From: Flectonema sp. DT1601
Lineage: Eukaryota
Assembly (NCBI GenBank): GCA_964019425.1
Contig: OZ025803.1
Span: forward strand, 744,001-808,000
Direction of reading: 5' to 3'
DNA length: 64,000 nt
Numbering within the stretch: the first letter of the stretch is position 1; every line of letters begins with the position of its first letter. The notes under the pieces are model-generated. The model did no database searches and was not told the DNA's origin. It saw only the letters and a program-made list of their open reading frames with translations. This document shows, piece by piece, positions 34,801 to 46,787 of this stretch. Position numbers and translations under genes: made by a program.

Positions 34801-37378
34801 AAAAAAAAAGAATATATATAAAGAAAATAGTACATAATAATTTAGCTAAACAAGTCACAATAATCAAGAGCTGCTGTATTCCAAGAGGCACTTATTGTAC
34901 CAATAAAACAAACAAACGGTGAATGTAACTTGATACTGTAAATAGGGTTTGGCCATCTAAAGAAGACCAATAAAGGATTGAGGTAAGTGTATGAATGCTG
35001 AAACGATTATTAACATAACGATAACTTAACGTCTGTTAGGAACACAGTGACTGAGTTTTTGAAGTAACTAATTAGGTTGAGAGAGAAATTTTTAAATAAT
35101 ATTTTAAAAGATTTGGATAAGAAATAATGCATGCTTGGAAGTTAGTGCAGGAAAACACTTTGCAAAGTTTCCACACTGTACTAAAGGAAAATAGAACAAT
35201 AATTGAGAGGAATATAAGGGTATATAAATGGTAAAAAGTAATATTTAATTTTGTTTCATAAAACAACATAAACGATAATTAAGCATTAGTTCTTATACAG
35301 TGACTAAAGGTAATGTTAGTATAGGCATAACACTCTGCAATTTGACGTAAATACTTTACATTATAATAAATGTTTCTAACTTAGCTGCATACATCTCTTT
35401 TTCCGTAGTGCGGAATCGAGTTATTCAATTACGAATTAATAGTGAGCCCTGGGAAACCAAAAACCAGAGGTATAATGTAATACGGCAGAGTGTAGGTTTC
35501 ACCTACAAATTACTTCCTTAAATCAACAATTCTTTGAAAAAAAATAAGTTAGCAAAAATTGCTAGTTCGCAGCATACTACTGGCGGAGCACTCACCTTAA
35601 AGAACTCAAGGTAATGTTGTCCAGACTTCGGTTAGAAAACATGAGGGGGTTGCATAATTTAACAGATAATGCTGGGGCATCGACGGGTTTTGGGTGAAGA
35701 CATTTAATTGGCAAAGTCCAGAGAGGGGAGGTTCAATCATATGTGTCCCTCTATGTTCTATACGCGAACAAGTTAGAGTTCTCACAGAATTGACCTTCAT
35801 GGTTAAGGGTTACCTCAGTGTTTTCTACCTGTAGCTTATGGTACAGGAATGTACTTTCTTTCGAAACAAAATGACGTAAGACTCAAGGGAGGTTTGATCA
35901 AGTTCAGGGGGTAATTTGATCAAGTTCAGGAGGGGGAAATGACAAAAAACAACAAAAAAAAAAAAAAAAGAACCGGTTAACTTCACTTACTATACTTTCG
36001 TGTTGTTTGTGCGCAACCGGAAAGAAGTACGCTACGACGTCTACCGCTTTATATTTTTATTTTTTTTAAAAAAAAAAAACCGTGCTATGCATTACATTTA
36101 TTACTACTAAAACCAAAACACTACTAAAATGGTTGCCACATCTATTACTGTTATTGTTATTATTATTATTTTTTTCCTTTTCAGGCAAGAACAATTATTC
36201 TTTAACAGCAGCATCAAAACAAATGTTGCTCTTTTTTTTTTTTTTTCATTATTATTATTTTTTTGTATTTTTTATTTTTTTTTTTTCTAGTGAATGAATC
36301 ACCGTTTTTTTTATCTAAAAATTAGTAAAAAATAAATATAAAAAAAAAAAAAAAAAGAACCGAAGTGAAAAAGTGGGAGCAAAGTGTCTTGAGCGTTTAT
36401 ACCTAACCAATATTTATTTGTTTGCGGTGCTGGGAATAAAAAAAACAACCTCATGAGAGAGGAATTCACCATCATTTCGGAAACTTTTGTGTTGAGATAC
36501 GACATTTCAGTAACATTTGCGTCGCATTAGATTTGCTTTTTTTTTTTTTTTTTTTTTTTTTTTTCCCTTCTCTTAAAGGGAAAAGAAGAACAAGGTAGGT
36601 AACAAAGCTAAAGGGAAAGGAAAAAAAAACTTTTGGAAAAAAAATGGAACTCACAGAGTCCGCATTTAGAATATGAAACTCGCACCAGTTGCGGGCAAAT
36701 CGTTACATCGAATCGCAATAAAAATATGCACTCGCAATGCGTAAGGGGCACACTTTTCAATGAACTAAATATAAAAGTTACTGAAATTCCCAACCTCAAT
36801 CTGCATTAAATGTTAAATTACTACGCATTTTGGAAACTCCTTTAGATGGTGTGCGAAGAAATGACCTTAAAATTACAACAAATGTGATTCACAATAAAAC
36901 TATTCAAAAAATAGTAGATTGGAACATTAGGTTTATTGTAAAAAAAAACAAAAATAGAAAATAGAAAATAGAAAAAAAAAAAAGAAAAACGTTTGAATTT
37001 AGTATTCTGAAATGTAGAATCATTTTATTTTCTTAACTTTACTTGCATGCGAAAATTGTAATTCTTGATATAGCTAAGGCCTGCCGTTATTCTTCTTGGT
37101 AGAAACGGAAGCCTTAAGAAGATAGTTCACCCTCATTTCAAAGAAATAATGCACGGAGGGAATAAGTAAATAAAAAAAAACGCAATTATAAGGTATTAAC
37201 ATCAATAATCTGAGAAAAAAAAGGAAAGGGGTTAATACAATTGAAAAGAAAGATAGAAAAGAAACTATAATTACTGGAACTACTAAGTTTTCTATCCTCT
37301 GACTATATAGAGATACACTCTGTCATTGTAACTCGAAGCATGAAGTTTAACAACCAGGATACAGTGACCTATTAGGAA

Positions 37379-37417
<39 letters not shown>

Positions 37418-38405
37418 CTATTATAACACAATTACATGTTAATATCCACCAATCCTGTTTTTTTCATGTCATCTGTTTTTTTTAAAACATGAAAACACTT
37501 TTTTACTGCTCCTCGATTGTCAGGTCAATAAAAAAAAAAAATAAAAAAAAAATATGAAAAAGGGCGATACGAACTCTGTTTGCTATGTTTTTTTTATTGT
37601 ATATGCAATGTTCATTGATTTGTTATGCTATGCTATGATATAAATATTCCTATTTTTTATTTAAAAAACAGGAGGGGAGTAGAATGGGGAAAAAGAAATT
37701 CCCTCCCGTGCATTCAACACGTGGACAAGAAAAACAGTAAATGTGTTAGTTTGCTACAAGTAGTTAATGTTTTATATACAATTGTTTACTAATTATTTGA
37801 AAACTAAAAGGGAAACAATTAAAAGCAGAGTCGGCATAATACTCAATTAATAAAAAAAATTAGATAACTTGTCCTAAGGCAAAAAAAAAAAAAAAAAAAA
37901 AATCAAAGTACGTATCACGTTGGGAGAATTCGTCGGAAGACGAAATATCGATCAATAGAAATGTCCAAACAAAAAAAAATTTTGTTTTGACTACATTTTT
38001 GCTTCTTGAAAAGAACAAAGAAACTTTAAGGTCTTTTTTATAAAGAGCGAAAACGTCTTTTTCTGGATGTCTGTACAGAAGAAGCTTTTATCAAGCACAC
38101 AACTAATAGCGCGGTTTTTTTTTTTTTTTTTTTTTTAATGTAGGCTATGCAACTGAGGGCAAGAGGAGACCTGATCTTTCAAGATTAGGTTCATCCTCAA
38201 AAAAAAAAAAAAAAAAAAAAAAACCAAAACTCTTTTTCAGGTATTATATCAAAAGAGTACTCGATGAGGGGAGGAGGAGGTTGAAAAAAAAGAAATCTTT
38301 CCCTTTCTTTCTTGAAAAGACGGGGGAAAAAAAAAAAAAAAGAAACGTAATTACGTACACTGAGGCTCCACCACCCAAGTGGTTGGCATGTATAGAAGAA
38401 GCCTT

Positions 38406-39818
38406 TCAAAGAGGTCTGAATTGCAAGTTACCTGCTGATTGCTGAACACCTTCAAAGACGATAGGGTTTCCTCGTCCATTACCGCGAAGCATTGTTTGCA
38501 ATTGTTTACCACGAAACAGATCGGATCCAATGAAGGCTGAATTATTAAGACAACACAGTTGGTTAATACAAGTTCCACGAAGAAAATTACTACCAATGGA
38601 ACGAACGTTTTCATACGCAGATAAATCAATACGCGATAAAGACTCACATCCACATAGAAAATCGTTTCCGATGTAAGTAATCTTACACCCAGGAAGTAGC
38701 ACTTCAGTAATTGATTTACAGCCGTGCAAGAATGAGTCTCCGATGGATTTTAGTTTTTTAGTACCGGAGATGTCCGCTTTTACGACGGATTTGCAAGCAA
38801 ATAGGAATCTATCAGGTATTTTATTTAATTTGAAACCAGATGTTAAAACGGTATTTAAAGAGGTGCAATCTCTAAGAAAGTCTTCTCCAACATGAGAGAT
38901 GTTACGAGAAGCAGTCAAGTCAACGACAGCTAACGACTTGCACTCTTGTAAGAAAGAGTTCCCGATGCTTACAAGCTTTGTAAAGGACGATACATTTATT
39001 TCTTCTAAAGAGCTGCAATTGTACAGGAATAAATTTCCAATAGAAGATACGTTTTTAAAGGCAGACAAATCAACATTTGTGAGAGACGAGCACCCATACA
39101 AAAACAGATCTCCAACAGTCTCAACTTTGTTGAATGAAGAAAGATCAACTGACGTAAGAGACTCGCAAACTCCCAGAAAATTGCTGCCAATACTTGTGAC
39201 GTTAGTAAGACCTGATAAGTCTAAGTCAACAAGAGAGGAACACTCCCATAAAAAGTCATACCCAATTGATACAACAGCACACATGGTTGGTAAGTGTAGT
39301 TCTGTGATGAATTCACAACCAGACAAGAATCCATCAGCAATGGATCTCACAAAGCTAATCCCATCCAAGTTCAGTGTCTTTACTTCTGACCCGGCTAGAA
39401 ATCTTTCTTCTACTGCGGTGATTGTAGGGTCTGGTTTGCAGAATGAAAGTTTGTTTATTGTTTCTGAAATCCAATTACTTTCAAATCTAAGAAAACCATT
39501 AACTACGAAGCTACCTGTATCAAGACGCAAATCATAATTGGTAGGAAGCTTCATTCTGAGACTACTGTCTGTGAACCATTCCAACGTAAAGAGTGACTTC
39601 ATGTGTATCGTCAACTCCGCACCAATATCAACACCTTTTGATAGAAGTGAGCTATGAGGAGAAAGGTATTCCTCCTCAAAAAACAACTCAAGTAGTTGGC
39701 TGTGTACTCCCCATTCTTCAGCTGCATATTTAATAGCGTGACATACGAGTGTTTTCTCCTCCATCGAAAAAAGAACACAGGGATACGATCCCTCGTGACA
39801 TTCAATGGTGACTTCCAT
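38406..39818 (-). CDS. BspA-like (LRR_5-type) leucine-rich repeat protein with a putative N-terminal ubiquitin-like domain
   Basis: About 12 repeats of ~24 aa, 'IG..FL..C.SL..VDLS....V.S'. The first ~75 aa end in 'LELFFEEEYLSPHSSLLSKGVDIGAELTIH', resembling a Ubl fold. Confidence 0.8.
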   Translation of the reverse strand: MEVTIECHEGSYPCVLFSMEEKTLVCHAIKYAAEEWGVHSQLLELFFEEEYLSPHSSLLSKGVDIGAELTIHMKSLFTLEWFTDSSLRMKLPTNYDLRLDTGSFVVNGFLRFESNWISETINKLSFCKPDPTITAVEERFLAGSEVKTLNLDGISFVRSIADGFLSGCEFITELHLPTMCAVVSIGYDFLWECSSLVDLDLSGLTNVTSIGSNFLGVCESLTSVDLSSFNKVETVGDLFLYGCSSLTNVDLSAFKNVSSIGNLFLYNCSSLEEINVSSFTKLVSIGNSFLQECKSLAVVDLTASRNISHVGEDFLRDCTSLNTVLTSGFKLNKIPDRFLFACKSVVKADISGTKKLKSIGDSFLHGCKSITEVLLPGCKITYIGNDFLCGCESLSRIDLSAYENVRSIGSNFLRGTCINQLCCLNNSAFIGSDLFRGKQLQTMLRGNGRGNPIVFEGVQQSAGNLQFRPL

Positions 39819-39958
39819 ATTTAGTATATCTGTTTTGTGTTTTTTTTTTGAGAAGAGAGTTTAAAGAAAAAAAAATCAAAAACACAACTGAAATGTCAAT
39901 TCATTGATATGATCGAAACTTACGACTGTAATCCTGTTTTGAGTAAATAACAAATAAT

Positions 39959-39993
<35 letters not shown>

Positions 39994-40162
39994 ATAATCC
40001 AAAACAATATTACGTGACCGACTACTAGTCGTCTTAAGTGTCGATTTTAGGGTCAGTATTCTTTTTTTTTTTTTTTCCTTCTTTTTTCCCCCAAATTCCC
40101 AAAAGAAAACATCTGCGGTTCGCTACTCTTGTAAAGTAGGTAAGGGGTTTTTTTTATGCAAA

Positions 40163-40193
<31 letters not shown>

Positions 40194-42570
40194 CTTCCTG
40201 AGAAGCGACAAGGTCGAGAAGCAAAACATGGCGTTCCCATCTACGAATTTGATTATAAAAAACAGCGAGAAAAGGGAAATACACAAAACTTTTACTTTAC
40301 ATTAGCAGCTGATTACTAAAACTAATTTAATATACCACTTCATCGGCTGGAAGTAGCTGAATACTCGCTTAGTATCCTTGATCCCCTTTAGTGCTAATCA
40401 CCATTTTTTTTTTATATAAAAATTATTTACACACGTGTACTAAAGTAACACTAAAATGTAATTAAGGTCAATAAAGAAAAGGGAGGGGGAAGAGGGGAAG
40501 GCAAGAAAAATGAAAACTATAGCATCATAGAAGAAAAACAGATTTTCACAAATAACCAGATGTGATCTTGAAATACCAATGCAGCACACTTAGTTAGTTA
40601 GTCGATTAGGAACAGTGAATCACAACAAAGATTAAAACAATAGAGCACACAAAAATGATATCAAACGTAAGGAAGCACAACACAGCAAGATATGTGTAGC
40701 CTGCTTCACTCTCAATTTTCCACAGCGATCTCGTTTTAAGAGAGGGAAAATAAGTGTTTTTTAGGTAGCTAATACAGATGGTAGCCAACAGCTCTTTGAA
40801 TAAAATAGGCAAAAAACAAAACATAAACTTAACAAAAACAAAAAAAAAACAAAACAAAAAAACGGTGGGGTAGCTTGATACTATGATTAAATAAAAAGCA
40901 ACTTGAAAATCGGCTAAAAACGAATAAAGGGTTCCGCCAAACCTGATTGCTATGAAAAGAGACGTATCGATAAAATCCCATACATGCCATTGAGGGACTA
41001 AACGGGAAAGTCAAGTTCCAGGAAACAGCTCACGGAATAAGTAACTCACACTTCAATTGCAGTCACTATACCCCTTGCTGCATGCCTTGCTTTAATTATA
41101 CCAAGGCATAATTAAAACAAAGACTGCGACCATGCGATGCATGCTCGCAAAACAGATCGTAACCTTACCCCGGTAACAAGAAATGCTTTTTTCTTAGCGT
41201 GCCTTCATCTGCTCAGCTAATTGGATCAACAAGCAACAGAAAAGAGACGATTATAAGAGCAAGCAATTTTTCTATCCACTAGAAAAAAGCAAAACAGTTG
41301 ATGTTTTGCTTTCGAACGAAAAACGTCAAGTGACTTCAACTGAGAAAGCTAATGGAGGCTTACGTGTGTTGCCCAACATTCTTTTTTAATTCTTAGAATA
41401 CTTGGTTAAATGTTTTTTTTAAATTAAAAAAAAAAGGAAGGAAGAGGAGGTATATAATGTATCTGTGCAGTGCATACGCACTATCGAAAAAAAATTAATT
41501 AAAAAATTAGAACAAAAGACAAAAAAATCCCAAAAAAAAGCAACAAGTTAGCATCGCACAAAAGTATATAAAGCGGTAAAGAAATGCTCAAATACCAAAT
41601 ATTTTATTGAGAGTTTAGATTGAACCACTGAAAGCCTTACGGAAAGAGTTCACTGGGATAGGAGAAAGTGTACAGGCAGCGAGTTAGATAACTGCGCTTT
41701 CCGAAGACTTGACGAGGAGAACATTGCAAACCGACAATAAAATACAAAATCAAGGCCAAGACACAAAATTGTAAAAAAAAAAAAAAAAAAGGGGGGACCC
41801 TCATCCCTGCGAATAGTTGCTTCAATACACTTTATGGTACCGCTGCCTGATTATTTTTTTTTTACATATTTATTTTATTTTATTTTATTTTTTTTTTTTT
41901 TTTGCACATCAAAAACTCACATGAAACAACACTGAGACTGGAAAGCTAAAAAAAAAAAAAAAAAAACTAATAATAATAATAATAATAATAATAACAATAA
42001 AAAAAAAAGCGAAATTTTCGACATGGCCTAATTAGTGATGAAAACAACGAACCAGAAATCAGGTTAGATACCGACACATCAGTTTGGTTTAAAAATAAAA
42101 AAAAATAAAAAATTTGATAAAAAAAAGATTTTTTTTTTAAGTGAATCTCTCCTTCACAATTTTTTTGTGGCTGGTAAAATTAGATAAAAAAAAAAAAGGG
42201 CAACAAAATAATAATAATAAATTATAATAATAAAAAAATTAAATAATAACAATAAGTCACTTTAAGTCCAGGAGAATTTCCCGCTTAGAAAAAATAAGAT
42301 ATATTAAGAGCAGAGATAGTGCTTTCGGATCATAATATCAAACAATATTAGATAGAGGGGAGGGGGAGTCGTAATTGGAACAAACTTTTAGAATAACTAA
42401 ATTCATACATTATTTAATCATAGAACTTAGAATGAAGAGTCCAATTGGAGAGTTTTATTAACATCTTCCAAACCAGTCAGCAGGCAGATCATTTTGTAAT
42501 TACAAAAAAAAAAAAAAAATAGATCAAATTTGCTTTCAGTAATTCGTCTTACGATTATTAAAACGAAATC

Positions 42571-43395
42571 TTATCTCTGACACCGTTTTCTGTACCAACG
42601 CTGAATTACAATAACCTGCTTTCCCACTAACCATTCACTCCGAAGAGCATCCGCAGCAGTTAAACGGCTCAGTGGATCTTTCACAAGCAAGCGTCTCATA
42701 AAAGACTGGCCCACTGAAGAGAGATTTGATACTTTTCTGGGTAACTGATGAGCCTTTAACATCTGTGAGTACAGCTGATGATCAGTTCCTTCCCAAGGAT
42801 ATTTTAATGTTAGTAGTATGTACATTATAACACCAACAGCGAACATATCTGCGGCTGGTATTTCGTACCCAGCTCGAGAGGTTTGTTTATTATTTTGAAT
42901 TGATTGTTTGATAATCTCAGGAGCTCTATATATCGAAGTTCCCACGACGTCATTATCTTTGGTACTTCGATCAAAATGGATTGAGAATCCAAAATCACAC
43001 AAAACAACAGACTCAGCACACTCATCAAGAAGGACATTTTCCAACTTCACATCACGATGTGCGATTCCCATCTCATGAGTGTGATTAAGTCCCATTAAAA
43101 CTTGTCTTATAACATCTTTGGTTAAGTCTTCAGTAAACGCTCCCTTTTTCATTAAAAAATCAAACAAATCGCATTCCTTCTTCTCGAGTACGAGTTCCTC
43201 ATCGACAAGGTAGCTTCTGATAATATTTTTGTGTAGGAGGTATTTTAGTATAATCTTTTCCCTATCGATATAATGGTCAGTCTCTTCACTATTACCCCTT
43301 TTAACTACCGTCTCTGAGGGAACTCCAGCGACTGTGGCCTGCAAAATAGATGCAGTGGTGCCGGAATGAATCACAGCTCCCGATGTGATTTTCAT
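42571..43395 (-). CDS. CAMK-like Ser/Thr protein kinase with C-terminal IQ-like motif
   Basis: HRDVKLEN, LCDFG, GTSIYRAPE, DMFAVGVIMY, RLTAADALRSEW, terminal IQRWYRKR. Confidence 0.9.
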   Translation of the reverse strand: MKITSGAVIHSGTTASILQATVAGVPSETVVKRGNSEETDHYIDREKIILKYLLHKNIIRSYLVDEELVLEKKECDLFDFLMKKGAFTEDLTKDVIRQVLMGLNHTHEMGIAHRDVKLENVLLDECAESVVLCDFGFSIHFDRSTKDNDVVGTSIYRAPEIIKQSIQNNKQTSRAGYEIPAADMFAVGVIMYILLTLKYPWEGTDHQLYSQMLKAHQLPRKVSNLSSVGQSFMRRLLVKDPLSRLTAADALRSEWLVGKQVIVIQRWYRKRCQR

Positions 43396-43758
43396 TTTTT
43401 CGTTTTTTTCGTTTTTTTTTTTTTTTTTTCGTTCTTCCCGACAGTCGCTGGATGGGGAATATAAGGCTGAATGTGTTTTATTTTTATTTTTATTTTTTTA
43501 TTTTTTTATTTTTTTTCCCCTCGATGAATTTATTCATACAATAATAGTTTCTTAATTCACAAACGTCATCAGTATGAAAGCAATCCTGTAGTCGGAAGAT
43601 GGAGTGAACTGTTGTTTAGTCTTCTAGTGTAGAACGCTACCAGACTGATCAATAATTATTTCTTTACGTTCGTTATTTTGTAATCTGCTGCAGTTACTAC
43701 TTCGACACTATAATTTAAAACTTTTTTTTTTTTTTTTTTTTTTTTCATGGCCAAATAT

Positions 43759-44057
43759 CTATTCTTCAGCGGCGGCGTCATCACCCAAATCGATGTTGTA
43801 ATAACGTAGTTGGTAGTCGTGTTTTCCGTTTGCGACTGGTCTGAAATAGTCTCTCAATTTTTCTCTCTTCAGGAACTTTCTCGTTAGATATTTTAGGTAT
43901 CTCTTTGCGAATAAAACCTGCGATGTTGTTGTTGCTATATATGATAATACAATCAACTCAGATTAAGAATTGCTATACATCATAGTGCAACAAGGAGGAA
44001 CTCAGTGATGGGCATCCTCCCTCCAGCATTTGAGATCTATGTCTTAAAAGAGATAAA

Positions 44058-44090
<33 letters not shown>

Positions 44091-44355
44091 ATACCTGAAA
44101 CTTGGTAATTAAAATTTGATTGTCCGACAATGAAATTTTTACTTTGTTACCAAGCTGACCAGTTTTTCCATTAATTTTTAAGTTTTCGGTGATGTAGGCT
44201 TCGAATTTTTTCATCGTTTCAGTATCGATCAACTCATCTGAACAAGGGATCGAACAGTCAATCTTGTATATTAGTTTACCCTGTTCCGCACGCTTAGCAC
44301 GGGAGTCTAAGTGAGTTGATCTCTTGTTGGCTTTCTTTAAGGTTTGCTTCGGCAT
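43759..44355 (-). CDS. RPL22: 60S ribosomal protein eL22; 2 exons (44355-44095, 43917-43759), 139 aa
   Basis: 'KIDCSIP', '[19 protein letters not shown]', then after a GT-AG intron (43918-44094) '[27 protein letters not shown]...YQLRYYNI'. Confidence 0.95.
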
Positions 44356-44599
44356 TGTTGTTAGTTATAAAGATCTTGAGAATACAAAAATAAAAAAAAT
44401 TACAACAAAGAAAATACCCAAACAAAACTCACACTGAAGACGTAGATTACTACATCCATAACTTATGGTTAAAATACTATCAAAAGAATTCTTAGTCTCA
44501 ATAAAGACACAATTCGTGTAAAAGGAACTCCCTGTAAAGGGAGTCTTTGAAAATATGTTTTAAGTCTGAGCAAGTGCATTATTTAAAAATATCAGACAG

Positions 44600-46192
44600 C
44601 TACCGACGTTGCATTTGAAGCTGCCAGGCTTTATTCAAATCCTTTGCAATGTCTTGCCTCTTTCGCTGGTTTGCCTTTGTTTCAGAAACCAATTCTTTCA
44701 TGGCGCTTGAAACTATTTTAGCATCCTGCTTCCGCTCACTTTTTATAGCTTGTTGTTGGAATTTCGCTTTTTCGGCGACCTGTTTGTCGAGATTAGAACA
44801 GAGCAACTGTCGCTCTTTGGCAACATTTCGAATTGAAGTGAGAGGTTCTTGAGGGATTGGGGCAGCCGGTTTATCTTTTTGTGGAATGACGTTATTCTTC
44901 ATGAAAACCAAGTCAGCTCCTCGATTTCTCTTTTCTCCGACTTGAATCCCGAGAGCTTCACTAGTTTTACGCATCAATTGTAGCCGACTGTTAGTGGCTT
45001 CTTTCTCATGTTCCTCAGCTTCCCTTATTTTACTGTTTATATAAACTCTGTATCGATTCTCTTCAGCAGCTTCACGAGAAAGTCGATCTTCATGTCGCTG
45101 GTAAGCGTCTGCCATTACTCTATCAAGTGCGGCATTCGGTGTGGTTGTTGTTCTTTTTCCCAACGGTCGCTGCTTTGACTCGGAGTCTTTTACCGTACTG
45201 TTAAAAGTAGAGTTCGGATGACTCATACAAATAGAATTATTATATTGTAATCCAGATCTGTCTATTGTGGTTGCTGACTTTGGTCTTGTGTGAAATGATG
45301 CTGCAACAGAATGCAACGATCCCATTCCAACAGAAATGTTAAAGCTATTGTCAGCAGGGCCGTTACTACTGTTGGGTCTTGAACTGAAATTATGAACTCC
45401 TCTACTGGTTGGAATATCTTTAGTTGACGCCGTGGTTGATCCTTTGCTCGTACGAGACTTCAGAAGAGCTCGAGCAGCGTTTGCAGGACATCCCGTCACT
45501 ATGCTTGATGGTCTTTTGTAGTGAGATTCCAACGTCTTTTTCGCAACCTGTTTATGAATAGACATGTCAGACTGTGCAGACACTGTACTAATCAACCATG
45601 TTTGAACACTGCTGACTATTTTTGGAGAAGGCTGACGAGGTCTTGGGAGTGGTACATCCGGTTCTAAAACATCAACTAACTCTGGTAGATATATGAATGA
45701 TAACTTTTTAGTTTTTGATTCGATGCGACCAACGTGAGGGATTAAAATATTTATTTCATTGACAGCTGCCTGGTCTCCAATTCTAGCAAACATCGCTCGG
45801 GTGATGTGAACAACACTGTCGGATGGTATCTTTGCGATGGCACTAATTTTACTGAAATCAATTTCACAAACGTTGGCCCACTTCTTACAGCTACTTGCCT
45901 TTAGTGTGTGTTGTTTTGCATAACCAGGATTCAGAGCAAATAAAAGCATGCATGGACCGTTTTCAGTTTTTCTTGTTGCCATCCAACACCCAAAACCGAC
46001 TACGGCAACACCTCCTCCGTACCATCGCTCACCCAGAATTTCTAACAGTTGTTGTCGGAGAACTCTACCAAATGCGTGCCAGCATCTCTTTATCTTACTG
46101 GCTGATAATCCTAAGACTTGAGTGAGCTGACTCTTTTCAAAAATTTCTTTTATCAAATCATCGCTTTGTATTACCTGACCAACACAGCTCAT
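44600..46192 (-). CDS. CCDC81-like protein (N-terminal HU-like domains, C-terminal coiled coil)
   Basis: 'CWHAFGRVLRQQL...GGVAVVGFGCW' and 'IDFSKISAIA...INILIPHVGRI' resemble the CCDC81 HU domains; C-terminal coiled coil. Confidence 0.6.
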   Translation of the reverse strand: MSCVGQVIQSDDLIKEIFEKSQLTQVLGLSASKIKRCWHAFGRVLRQQLLEILGERWYGGGVAVVGFGCWMATRKTENGPCMLLFALNPGYAKQHTLKASSCKKWANVCEIDFSKISAIAKIPSDSVVHITRAMFARIGDQAAVNEINILIPHVGRIESKTKKLSFIYLPELVDVLEPDVPLPRPRQPSPKIVSSVQTWLISTVSAQSDMSIHKQVAKKTLESHYKRPSSIVTGCPANAARALLKSRTSKGSTTASTKDIPTSRGVHNFSSRPNSSNGPADNSFNISVGMGSLHSVAASFHTRPKSATTIDRSGLQYNNSICMSHPNSTFNSTVKDSESKQRPLGKRTTTTPNAALDRVMADAYQRHEDRLSREAAEENRYRVYINSKIREAEEHEKEATNSRLQLMRKTSEALGIQVGEKRNRGADLVFMKNNVIPQKDKPAAPIPQEPLTSIRNVAKERQLLCSNLDKQVAEKAKFQQQAIKSERKQDAKIVSSAMKELVSETKANQRKRQDIAKDLNKAWQLQMQRR

Positions 46193-46787
46193 GTTGTTTT
46201 ATTGTTTAGATTTATGAGATAGCTTCACGTGTTTTGTGACGTCCCTGCTGCAGTATCTAATTGGGTGGAAAAAACATGTCTTTAATAAGGGTGTTTTATA
46301 ATAGTAAAGAAAATGTATTCGATCTACGCCTCTAACAGAACAAAATAACGTGTGTGAGGAGGGGGAAAAAGAAGGATCTCAGCACCAAAATAAAAGGCAT
46401 TTCAGCTGATTTGATAAAATGCACACCCCCAACGACCAAAAACAGGTACTGAGAAACAGGATGCGAATAGTTTGCTTTTTTTTTAAAGGATTTAAAAAAA
46501 AAAAAAATACTTCACTTAACAACAACAACTATAGCTGCCTAGGGCGCTAGTGATGTTTTTTTTTTTTTTTTTTTTTTAAAAAAGAAAATTATGTACCAAC
46601 GCTCTTTAGAAGAGTTTAGTTGCGATTCGTCTTATCATCCAGTGATGCAAACAGAACACCATTCCACTTTGAAATATAAAACGTAAATATTTTTTTTTTT
46701 TTTTTTCATTTCGGTAGTCTTGTCAAGACAAGGGAACGAAATGATTGCTTACGGTAATAAAACAACTTTAAGTAACCAGAAGGTTTG

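Noticed and set aside
38899..39537. Long plus-strand ORFs (also 53149-53805, 50920-51414)
   Set aside because: Antisense shadows of real minus-strand genes with no protein-family signal.
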